Source: a bacterium HR36
GTDB taxonomy: Bacteria > Planctomycetota > Planctomycetia > Gemmatales > HRBIN36
Direction of reading: 5' to 3'
Assembly: GCA_002898995.1 (NCBI GenBank)
Contig: BEIM01000001.1
Coordinates: 1-32,917 of the forward strand
DNA: 32,917 nucleotides
Part shown: positions 16,618 through 24,223 of the stretch, one piece after another
Layout of the letters: every line of letters starts with the position of its first letter
Position numbering within the stretch: the first letter of the stretch is position 1
Program-made: the position numbers and the translations under genes
The notes under the pieces: model-generated
The model's input: only the letters and a program-made list of their open reading frames with translations
Told to the model about the DNA's origin: nothing
Databases searched by the model: none

Positions 16618-18255
16618 ATGGACATGGAAAAGATCGTCGCTGTGTGCAAGCGGCGGGGCTTCATTTATCCTTCGAGCGAGATTTACGGCGGATTGAACGG
16701 CTTCTGGGATTACGGTCCGCTGGGTGTGGAACTCAAGCGCAACATTAAGGAAGCCTGGTGGCGCGATATGGTGCTCGATCCGCCGCCGGGGCCGGATGGC
16801 GAAGAATTGCAAATGGTTGGGCTGGACTGCGCTATCATTATGAACCCGCGAGTGTGGGAAGCTAGCGGCCATGTGGCCGGTTTTGTGGACTGGATGACGG
16901 AGTGTGCTGTGTGTAAGCGACGGTTTCGCGCCGATAAGGTGTTTTTGGTGGCTTTGGTGCCCGAGACCGCGTTGGGCCAATATCAGTCAGCAGCGCCGGG
17001 TAGCATGCCACCTCCGAGCGTGGTACTGGCATACCAAGCGGATGATCCCCACGAGGCGCAAAAGCTGTTTGACGTGGAACATGCTCGCTTACTCAAAAAA
17101 CAAAAGCTGCCCCGCGGCTTGTCGGTGCTAGCCATTGTCAATGTTCTGCAAGCTCCTGCTTCGTGGCCCAGGCCGTGTCCTGAACCAGGTTGCCCAGGTC
17201 AATTATCGGAACCCCGGAAGTTTAATCTCATGTTCCGAACCTTCATTGGTGCCGCCGAAGACGCCAGCGCGGTGGCCTACCTGCGACCGGAAACTGCCCA
17301 GGGTATTTTCGTCAATTTCGTCAACGTCCTAAACACCGCGCGTGTCAAGCTCCCCTTCGGTATCGCGCAGGTTGGCAAGGCGTTTCGCAACGAAATCAAT
17401 CCCCGCCACTTTACCTTCCGCAGCCGTGAATTTGAGCAAATGGAAATCGAGTTCTTCTGCCATCCCAGCGAATCGGCCAAGTGGTACCGTTTTTGGCGCG
17501 AGGTGCGGATTCGCTGGTACATGCAACTGGGTATTCGTTCCGAGCGGTTGCGCCCGCGGGAGCAAGGGCCCGAGGAATTGGCGCACTATTCCTGCGGCAC
17601 CACGGACATCGAATATCTCTTCCCGTTCGCTGATGAGCCTCAGGAACTCGAGGGAGTAGCCCACCGCGGCGACTACGACTTGCGCCAACACCAGCAATAT
17701 AGCGGCGAAAACCTTGCCTACTTCGACGAGGATGCCTGGGAACGCGACAAACAGCAACTCGGCTTCAGTTCGTTCAAAGACTGGCTCAAAACACAGCCCG
17801 CGGCCGAGCAACTGGCGCGCTATCAGTTCTTACCCCACGTCATTGAGCCATCAGCGGGAGTCGATCGGTTTGCCCTGGCCGCCATCTGCGAAGCTTATGC
17901 AGAAGACACGGTGGGTGGCGAACCCCGCACAGTCTTGCGTTTCCATCCCCGTCTGGCACCAATCAAAGCTGCTGTCCTGCCTTTAGTGAACCGCGACGGT
18001 ATGCCGGAAAAGGCTTACGCCTTGTACCGCGAACTCAAGCGGGAGTTTGTCGTCTACTACGACGACAAAGGGGCGATCGGTCGGCGGTATCGTCGCCAGG
18101 ATGAGGCAGGTACACCGTTTTGCATCACCATTGACAGCCAGTCTTTGCAGGATGACACGGTGACGCTGCGGAACCGCGACGACTGCCAGCAAATCCGCTT
18201 GCCGATCCGCGCTGTAGCCGAGGAACTGCGACGCCGGCTCGCCCCTGAGCGTTAG
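16618..18255 (+). CDS. glyQS: Glycine--tRNA ligase (alpha2 dimeric type)
   Basis: EKIVAVCKRRGFIYPSSEIYGGLNGFWDYGPLGVELK, YLRPETAQGIFVNF, GKAFRNEI, EPSAGVDR and RRQDEAGTPFCITID are all recognisable. ATG 16618 lies 9 nt after GAGG. The ORF-track GTG at 16609 is an alternative start. Confidence 0.9.
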   Translation: MDMEKIVAVCKRRGFIYPSSEIYGGLNGFWDYGPLGVELKRNIKEAWWRDMVLDPPPGPDGEELQMVGLDCAIIMNPRVWEASGHVAGFVDWMTECAVCKRRFRADKVFLVALVPETALGQYQSAAPGSMPPPSVVLAYQADDPHEAQKLFDVEHARLLKKQKLPRGLSVLAIVNVLQAPASWPRPCPEPGCPGQLSEPRKFNLMFRTFIGAAEDASAVAYLRPETAQGIFVNFVNVLNTARVKLPFGIAQVGKAFRNEINPRHFTFRSREFEQMEIEFFCHPSESAKWYRFWREVRIRWYMQLGIRSERLRPREQGPEELAHYSCGTTDIEYLFPFADEPQELEGVAHRGDYDLRQHQQYSGENLAYFDEDAWERDKQQLGFSSFKDWLKTQPAAEQLARYQFLPHVIEPSAGVDRFALAAICEAYAEDTVGGEPRTVLRFHPRLAPIKAAVLPLVNRDGMPEKAYALYRELKREFVVYYDDKGAIGRRYRRQDEAGTPFCITIDSQSLQDDTVTLRNRDDCQQIRLPIRAVAEELRRRLAPER

Positions 18256-18281
18256 CCCTGAACTGCGGATTCCGTTGCGGA

Positions 18282-19178
18282 CTAGCCCGGCCTGTCAGAG
18301 GCGGCGGGCGTAACCCAGCCGTGTTGCAGTTCGGCGGCGCGGAGGGTATTGTGCAAGAGCATGGCAACCGTCATGGGGCCAACTCCGCCTGGTACAGGGG
18401 TTATCGCGGACGCAATTTCCGCCACCGACTCGTGATCCACATCGCCAACGATAGTCCCGTTGGGCAGGCGATTAATGCCGACATCCACGACGACGGCGCC
18501 TGGTTTGACCATCTCCGCACGGACAAATCTAGGCTGTCCGATCGCCGCTACCAGAATATCCGCACTCCGCGTAATCTCAGACAGTTGTTGGGTGCGGCTG
18601 TGGCAGACTGTAACGGTGGCATCCCCGTCGCGGCCTTTTTCTAATAGAAGTAGTGCTAGTGGTTTTCCCACAATGGTGCTGCGCCCCAGAATAACCACGT
18701 GCTGACCTGCGATCGGCATTCCGTAACGCCGCAGCAGCACTTGAACTCCCAAGGGTGTGCAGGGCACGAAGCGCGGCCGGCCGGCTACCAGCAGCCCAAG
18801 ATTCTCTGGGCCAAAACCGTCAATGTCTTTCAATGGTGACACTGCCTCGAGTATCCTGTCTTCGCGGAGGTGTTTTGGCAACGGTAACTGCACCAGAATA
18901 CCGCTCACTACGGGGTCTTCGTTCAACTGCCGCATTAGGGCTACAAGGTCTGCTTCGCTGACTTCAGCCGGCAATTGGTGCAGCCAGCTGACGATACCTA
19001 CTTGTTCGCAGGCTCGGCGTTTATTGCGAACGTAAATCTGACTTGCAGGATTATCGCCGACCAGCACGGCTGCTAGCCCAGGCCGTTTTCCGGTGCGCTC
19101 ATAAAAGGCCTGCACCCGACCGCGAATTTCCTCACGAATCTCCTCGGCCAGGCGTTTACCGTCCAGAATCTTGGCCAC
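18282..19178 (-). CDS. folD: Bifunctional methylenetetrahydrofolate dehydrogenase / methenyl-THF cyclohydrolase
   Basis: ILDGKRLAEEIREEI..., PGLAVLVGDNPASQIYVRNK, LVQLPLP, GRSTIVGKPLALLL and ITPVPGGVGPMTVAMLL are all recognisable. GTG 19178 is preceded by GAGGAAAAAAG. Confidence 0.92.
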   Translation of the reverse strand: MAKILDGKRLAEEIREEIRGRVQAFYERTGKRPGLAAVLVGDNPASQIYVRNKRRACEQVGIVSWLHQLPAEVSEADLVALMRQLNEDPVVSGILVQLPLPKHLREDRILEAVSPLKDIDGFGPENLGLLVAGRPRFVPCTPLGVQVLLRRYGMPIAGQHVVILGRSTIVGKPLALLLLEKGRDGDATVTVCHSRTQQLSEITRSADILVAAIGQPRFVRAEMVKPGAVVVDVGINRLPNGTIVGDVDHESVAEIASAITPVPGGVGPMTVAMLLHNTLRAAELQHGWVTPAASDRPG

Positions 19179-19546
19179 CTTTTTTCCTCACGCAAATGGC
19201 TGACCTCGGCAGGCCTATGCCCACTGCGCCTGCCAAGACTGTAATCAGCACGACGGGCTTACGCCCGCTCCTCCTGCGATGCCCGAAAAGGCCGCTCGGT
19301 GTTCCCGATACAGCCGTTGCGGTTTCTCGGACTTGCTCAGCTTTTTGTAGCGGAGTGGCATGACAAATAAAGGATGCGTGCCTGTTTGCTCGATGGCGCT
19401 ACATAGCAGCCGGGCTCCCATAGCAAGTGTACACGTGCTCGCTGCTGGGACGGCGTCAACAGAATGGCAGGGCCGGAGTACGCCACTTGCACGGCTGGTT
19501 GACGCCGGCTGCTCTTATCGGTCCCTGAAAATCGGAGCCGAGGCGG

Positions 19547-20422
19547 ATGTGGGAAACTTTTTTCGGTCTCCGCGAGCGTGTTTTCACCCCCGTGGCCGAT
19601 GCCGCGCTGCCCTTGCTTCCAACACAGCAGACGGCCCGACAGGAATTACTGGAAAGGCTAGCTGATGGCCACCACATTGTTGTGCTGGTGGGCGAAGGCG
19701 GTGTCGGTAAAACTCGTCTGCTCCTCGACCTGGCACACGAACTTGTACCGCAACGGACGGTGATCTGGATGCCGCCAGGTGTCCCCCAGGACGTGGCCGA
19801 CTTGTACCAATCGCTTCTGTTCGATCTCGGGCTATCTTGGTCGGTACCAGAAGGCTCGAATCCGACCACCTGGGCAAACACTTGGCGACTCCGTTTTGGG
19901 GAATGGCTCCTGCAGCAGGCGAAGGCGCAGTCCTCCGTGCTAATCATCGCAGAAGATGTGCATCGCTGGCCTGAGCTTGTCTTACAGGAATGGCGGGAAA
20001 TTGCGCAATTCCTTCCAAATTCTACCAGATTGCTGCAAATTGTCCTCTCGGCCCGTCCTAGCCTCTTGGAGAGATTGGCCAGTGCTCCTTTGAGCGAGTG
20101 GGCCGATTCCATTGGTTATTGCGTCTGGCTTGAACCACTTAGCCCCGAACAAGCACGCCAGCACCTGCAGGCAATACTGAGTCGCGTAGGCGCTTCTCTG
20201 CCGCAGCTTCTCGATCCGCGAGCTGTGGAACTCCTGGTTCGCCACACCCGTGGCATTCCCCGGCTACTGCATCAGGCGATGCTCAGGGCCTTGCATCTGG
20301 CCTATAGCGACGAAAGCCGACATCTCGAAGCCCCTTTTATTGTGGCCGCCCTTGCGGAGTTGGGGCTGCTGGAAACAACCGCTGACGATACCAGCACTCT
20401 GACTGACGCTTCGGCGGCGTAA
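19547..20422 (+). CDS. ExeA-like AAA+ ATPase (AAA_22 / secretion-ATPase family seen in exopolysaccharide loci)
   Basis: N-terminal MWETFFGL motif, Walker A GEGGVGKT, LLQIVLSARPSL, and C-terminal GIPRLLHQAMLRAL. All are collinear with ExeA/GspA-type proteins. The Walker B region reads VLIIAEDVH rather than hhhhDE. Confidence 0.7.
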   Translation: MWETFFGLRERVFTPVADAALPLLPTQQTARQELLERLADGHHIVVLVGEGGVGKTRLLLDLAHELVPQRTVIWMPPGVPQDVADLYQSLLFDLGLSWSVPEGSNPTTWANTWRLRFGEWLLQQAKAQSSVLIIAEDVHRWPELVLQEWREIAQFLPNSTRLLQIVLSARPSLLERLASAPLSEWADSIGYCVWLEPLSPEQARQHLQAILSRVGASLPQLLDPRAVELLVRHTRGIPRLLHQAMLRALHLAYSDESRHLEAPFIVAALAELGLLETTADDTSTLTDASAA

Positions 20423-20453
20423 TGCCTCGCAGCCATATGGTGGAGCCTGCTTT

Positions 20454-21368
20454 ATGAGCCGCATGATGGACGCCTTTCACACCTGCCGTGCCGCCACTTC
20501 TTCGCCGTGTCGGCAATTCCCTGACAGCGATCCCGTGCTCTTGCTAAACGAAACCGATGAGCAAACTGCCACGCCCACAGCTGCTGTGCCAGCCTCCAAT
20601 ATCCCTGAAGGCTCTGCACCGACTGCAGATGAGCCCGTGGCGTTTATTGAAATCCCCGAAACAGACGCTTCCGGAGCGGCTAGCCCGAGCCAGTCCCCCG
20701 CACGGCAGGTGTCTGCGTGTTTGCGTTTTGCACCAAACCGGCAGTCTTACGATTGGCCTGGTAGAGACGGCGAAGCTTCTGCCCTGTTAGCAGACCTGGA
20801 CGCCCAAGCCCGAGCTTGGCACCCTGAGTTGGAAAAATTTGGACAAGAGATCCGCCGGCTTTGCATACGCCATGCTCTGTTGATTTGCGCATTGCCTCCA
20901 TCCAGAAGCCGGGAAAGCATCCTGACAGTCGCGTGGAGTTTGCTCGCGGTTGCTCGTCCGCTCATTCTCGTGGAACTGCCGCCAGCGCTGGGTCTGCACT
21001 CTTTGCTCGGCCGCGATCCCGTTCCTGGCTGGACCGACTGGTTGGCCTCCCTGCCGCTGTCTTGTGTTGTCCAATCCACACCGCATCCTGATTGGCATTA
21101 CCTGGCTCCCGGCCATCAACTTGCCTGGGTGCGTAATCGCTTATTCGCCCATGACTGGAAGACATTGTTATCCAAGCTCACTTCCGACTTTTCACTTACA
21201 CTTTTCGTCGCCAACACGGCTTCCCCGTGGTCATTCCCCCTCGCCTTGGTTACCGATGCCGTTGCATTCTTGCTAAGCGAAGACGGCAAGGACCTCCTTC
21301 AGGATTCTCGCGCACTGGCAATCCAGGCCTGTGCCAATAGAAGCCTCGGCTATTTGTTCATTGAGTGA
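20454..21368 (+). CDS. Hypothetical protein: acidic/Pro-rich N-terminus + degenerate BY-kinase/MinD-fold domain lacking P-loop residues
   Basis: Residues ~135-304 align by eye with the kinase domain of the Wzc-like protein at 24224-26656. Matches are LLVDTDLRRPRAHKLL / ILVELPPALGLHSLL, DPGLSEVL / VPGWTDWL, LDFLPAG / WHYLAPG and VDAVILST / TDAVAFLL. Walker A GEGKT is replaced by SRSRES and Walker B ILDSSP by LFVANT. Confidence 0.5.
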   Translation: MSRMMDAFHTCRAATSSPCRQFPDSDPVLLLNETDEQTATPTAAVPASNIPEGSAPTADEPVAFIEIPETDASGAASPSQSPARQVSACLRFAPNRQSYDWPGRDGEASALLADLDAQARAWHPELEKFGQEIRRLCIRHALLICALPPSRSRESILTVAWSLLAVARPLILVELPPALGLHSLLGRDPVPGWTDWLASLPLSCVVQSTPHPDWHYLAPGHQLAWVRNRLFAHDWKTLLSKLTSDFSLTLFVANTASPWSFPLALVTDAVAFLLSEDGKDLLQDSRALAIQACANRSLGYLFIE

Positions 21369-21451
21369 GCAAAGCCGTTGCTCAATTGACATCGCCGTGG
21401 GCGACGCATAAGATCGGCACAGCTTGTTGGTGTGCGACATCGGGCCGAATC

Positions 21452-22324
21452 ATGGCTTTGACCGATCAATTTGCCGAAATCCTGAAGGCCCAGGAACCGC
21501 TAGCCCCATACACAGCCTTGCAGGTGGGGGGACGGGCACAGTTTCTTGCCGAGCCGCGCCACGAAGCTGAATTGATTCACCTCTTGCAATGCTGCTGGGT
21601 TGAAAAACTCCCGGTGAGAATCTTGGCCAGTGGTACTAATGTCCTTGTGCGCGATGAGGGGGTTACCGGCGTCGTGTGTCGCCTGGCCGCCCCGGCCCTT
21701 CAACAAGTCGTAGTCCAGGCTAACCGAGTCTATGCCACTGCGGGGGCATCGTTGACCCAACTCATTACCGAGGCAGCTCGGCACGGTTTGGCGGGACTCG
21801 AATCACTTATCGGTATTCCTGGCTCGGTTGGCGGCGCCCTTCACTGCAGCCTGGGACAAACCGGCAGTCCGCTTTTGACCTGGATGGCGCGGGTGGAGCT
21901 TCTGGACATCCGTGGGCAACGCCGATCGGTTTCTCGCGAAGAGTGGGAAACCCTGGCCGCGAAACGGAGTGGCTCAGTAGTCCTGGCCGTAGAGTTCGAA
22001 CTGGAACCTGACGACGCCGAAAGTATTTTGCGCAGACTGCGCCGCGCCTGGATTTCCCGCCATGCGCGGCAACCCTTTTTCATCCCGCGCACCGCCAAAC
22101 TTTTCCAGGAGCCACGCGGCCTGAGCTTGGAACAACTCCTCGAGCAAGCGGGGGTACGCCATTTCCGAATGGGGGGCGTGGCTCTCCACGAACGCGATGC
22201 GAATTTCATCGTGGTGCAGCCAGGCACTTCCGCACGCGAGATCCTCCATTTCCTGGAGCACCTCCGTCATCGCCTCCTCGAGCACACAGGCCATGCTCTT
22301 ACTTTGGAGCTGGATATTTGGTAA
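21452..22324 (+). CDS. murB: UDP-N-acetylenolpyruvoylglucosamine reductase
   Basis: LAPYTALQVGGRAQFLAEP, ILASGTNVLVRDEGVTGVV, and C-terminal ALHERDANFIVVQPGTSAREI. ATG 21452 was chosen; the upstream 29 codons of the ORF track are not MurB-like. TAA stop. Confidence 0.85.
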   Translation: MALTDQFAEILKAQEPLAPYTALQVGGRAQFLAEPRHEAELIHLLQCCWVEKLPVRILASGTNVLVRDEGVTGVVCRLAAPALQQVVVQANRVYATAGASLTQLITEAARHGLAGLESLIGIPGSVGGALHCSLGQTGSPLLTWMARVELLDIRGQRRSVSREEWETLAAKRSGSVVLAVEFELEPDDAESILRRLRRAWISRHARQPFFIPRTAKLFQEPRGLSLEQLLEQAGVRHFRMGGVALHERDANFIVVQPGTSAREILHFLEHLRHRLLEHTGHALTLELDIW

Positions 22325-22343
22325 CCATGCAGGCAGGGATGCC

Positions 22344-23180
22344 ATGGCGTTAGCTCGCTGGATTACCTCTATTATCATCTTCTTGCTTATTCTAGTTGTG
22401 GGTTGGTATGCTCTCTGGTTTCGCCCGCAGCAAAATCCTCCTGCGACGCTGTCATCCGTCCCAACCAATTGGCATGGCCTCCTCGGCCCACCCGCGCCTG
22501 CTTGGATTCCCTTTGGTTGGTTGGAAAATGTTGTGCGGGAGGCTGGGTTGCCGCCAGCACCGCCTACTGATGCCGAGCAGTTAGCGCACAGTCTTGAGGT
22601 CTTGACGAGGAAACTCCGTGCCAACCCTTGTATCAAGGAAGTTACACTGCAAGCAGCATCGGCCAAACCACTTTTGATTAAATGGGTGCGAGTAGTCCCC
22701 ATCCTTTTTATTTCGGATGATTCCAATGTCGTGACAAACATCTGGCTAGCGAGTGAAGATGGTGTCTGGCTGCTACAACTTCGTCCATTTTCTTCTCTGG
22801 AAGGATTAGATGGCTTGCCGGTCGAAGTCTACGCTGCGCGGTTCGAAACACCCCAGCTTACCGCAACCCTCCCCGCGTCTTTGAAACGAGCTACCAGATT
22901 GGCCATTATGCTAAGGCCTTACCGTGATCGGCTGGGCTTACGCTCTCTGTGCGTGGGCCAGGACCCCGTGACGCAAGATATTCAGGTGCTGACACGAAAA
23001 GGCAGTCGAATTCTTTGGGACACTTTCGATGCTCCTCCTGCTGCTACCCTTTCAGACGAGGACAAAATTCGCCGGTTGCTTGAATACGTCCGTGTGTGGC
23101 ATAGCCTGGATGAACCAGCCGGGCCCTATTTTTTCGATAACCGTTTCCCTACGAGCTTACTTCGCAGACCCATGAAGTAG
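22344..23180 (+). CDS. Single-pass membrane protein, possibly FtsQ/DivIB-like
   Basis: ATG 22344 lies 20 nt after the murB stop. It has an N-terminal TM helix (WITSIIIFLLILVVGWYALWF) followed by a ~230-aa extracytoplasmic domain. That domain's layout (IKEVTLQAA..LLIKWV; DIQVLTRKGSRILWDT....DEDKIRRLLEYV) recalls POTRA+beta FtsQ. The position after murB fits the dcw gene order. Weak call. Confidence 0.35.
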   Translation: MALARWITSIIIFLLILVVGWYALWFRPQQNPPATLSSVPTNWHGLLGPPAPAWIPFGWLENVVREAGLPPAPPTDAEQLAHSLEVLTRKLRANPCIKEVTLQAASAKPLLIKWVRVVPILFISDDSNVVTNIWLASEDGVWLLQLRPFSSLEGLDGLPVEVYAARFETPQLTATLPASLKRATRLAIMLRPYRDRLGLRSLCVGQDPVTQDIQVLTRKGSRILWDTFDAPPAATLSDEDKIRRLLEYVRVWHSLDEPAGPYFFDNRFPTSLLRRPMK

Positions 23181-23530
23181 TATCTCTCCGTCTGGTCTTG
23201 GCTCATTCCTTATCACGTTCATGCCCCACGGGAAAAATTATTTTACGGCCAGTTCCGTTCACACTGCTAATCATATACTACGATGCCAACAACGTGATGT
23301 TGCCGACTATTTACACGCTTTTCTTCACGAGCAAATATCTTTGTCCTCGTCGTTTCACACAAGAATTTGCCTTGCCTAAATCCGGTTCCCTGCTGAGGTA
23401 GATTTCGTCTGCCAGAAAATAACGATTGAGAGAGGTGAAATTCCGGTATCCATCCAAATATTCAGGGCCGCTACGGTATAGATGTTGCTCTTAGTTTGGG
23501 TCAAAGTGAAAACCAATCGTGGGGGCCACT
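23181..23530 (+). promoter_or_regulatory. 350-nt AT-rich intergenic region; probable promoter/leader region of the polysaccharide locus
   Basis: There is no credible ORF, GC is markedly lower than the flanks, and it lies directly upstream of the NusG-like gene. One sigma70-like candidate is TTCACA-17 nt-TAAATC. No element could be pinned down with confidence. Confidence 0.3.
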
Positions 23531-24082
23531 ATGCCTATTCTTGCGAAGGAACCTGCTTGCTATCCTGCGGACCTTTTTCAAACCGCGGTTCCTAGTGCTC
23601 AGGATCGGTGGTGGGTGTTTTATACTCGCCCTCGGTCCGAAAAAACGATCGCTAGGCATTTGCGGGCCAAGAACATTTCCTACTTCCTTCCGCTGTACAA
23701 GAAATACTCTAAACCGCGGGACCGTGTCCTTGTATCCTGGAACCCTGTGTTTCCCAGTTATATTTTCGTCTTTGGTTCCAGAGAAGCTAGACTAGCCGCT
23801 ATCAAGACCAACCTGACCGTACACGAAATAATTGTCCATGACCAAGACGAATTCCATCAGGACCTTGCTAATATCTATGTGGTTCAGGAATCACACCTCC
23901 CTTATTACCCAGAGCATAAGCTGCAGCCAGGCGCGAATGTGACTGTGACTGCCGGGCCTTTGATGGGTCTGTCCGGTAGAGTTTCATCTTGGCTTTCCCC
24001 GTTACGGTTAATCGTGGAAGTGCGACTGCTGCAGCGCGCCGTATGCGTCGAGCTGGAACCTTGGATGGTAAGTCTATCCTGA
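23531..24082 (+). CDS. NusG-family specialised transcription (anti)termination factor (RfaH/UpxY/LoaP-type paralog)
   Basis: NGN domain (WWVFYTRPRSEKTIARHLRAKNISYFLPLY...VFPSYIFV) plus a KOW-like segment (LQPGANVTVTAGPLMGLSGRV). It is a 183-aa protein placed first in a polysaccharide operon. ATG 23531. Confidence 0.75.
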   Translation: MPILAKEPACYPADLFQTAVPSAQDRWWVFYTRPRSEKTIARHLRAKNISYFLPLYKKYSKPRDRVLVSWNPVFPSYIFVFGSREARLAAIKTNLTVHEIIVHDQDEFHQDLANIYVVQESHLPYYPEHKLQPGANVTVTAGPLMGLSGRVSSWLSPLRLIVEVRLLQRAVCVELEPWMVSLS

Positions 24083-24223
24083 ATGCCCGCCCAATTACAA
24101 AACCACTTTGCCTGGACCGAATTCTATCAGGCCAGGACTCACTTTATCAACGACTAAAGAATCAGTAGTATCCCACAGGGACGGAGTCTGCGCCGCTGAG
24201 AACTGATTAAGCTAGTGTGAGAC

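Noticed and set aside
16086-16664. 192-aa minus-strand ORF spanning the glyQS upstream region.
   Set aside because: It is not protein-like in composition. It overlaps the much better supported 59-aa membrane ORF in another frame, and also overlaps the glyQS start.
16900-17220. A ~100-aa insertion in GlyRS between the CxxC region and the PRKFNLMF motif, noted as a possible unusual domain.
   Set aside because: Other alpha2-type bacterial GlyRS (for example Thermus) carry an insertion of comparable length at the same place, so it is probably ordinary.
23198-23401. 67-aa ORF in the AT-rich region upstream of the NusG-like gene.
   Set aside because: It has a non-ATG start and no RBS, and the sequence looks like a random AT-rich translation. 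I treat the region as regulatory instead.
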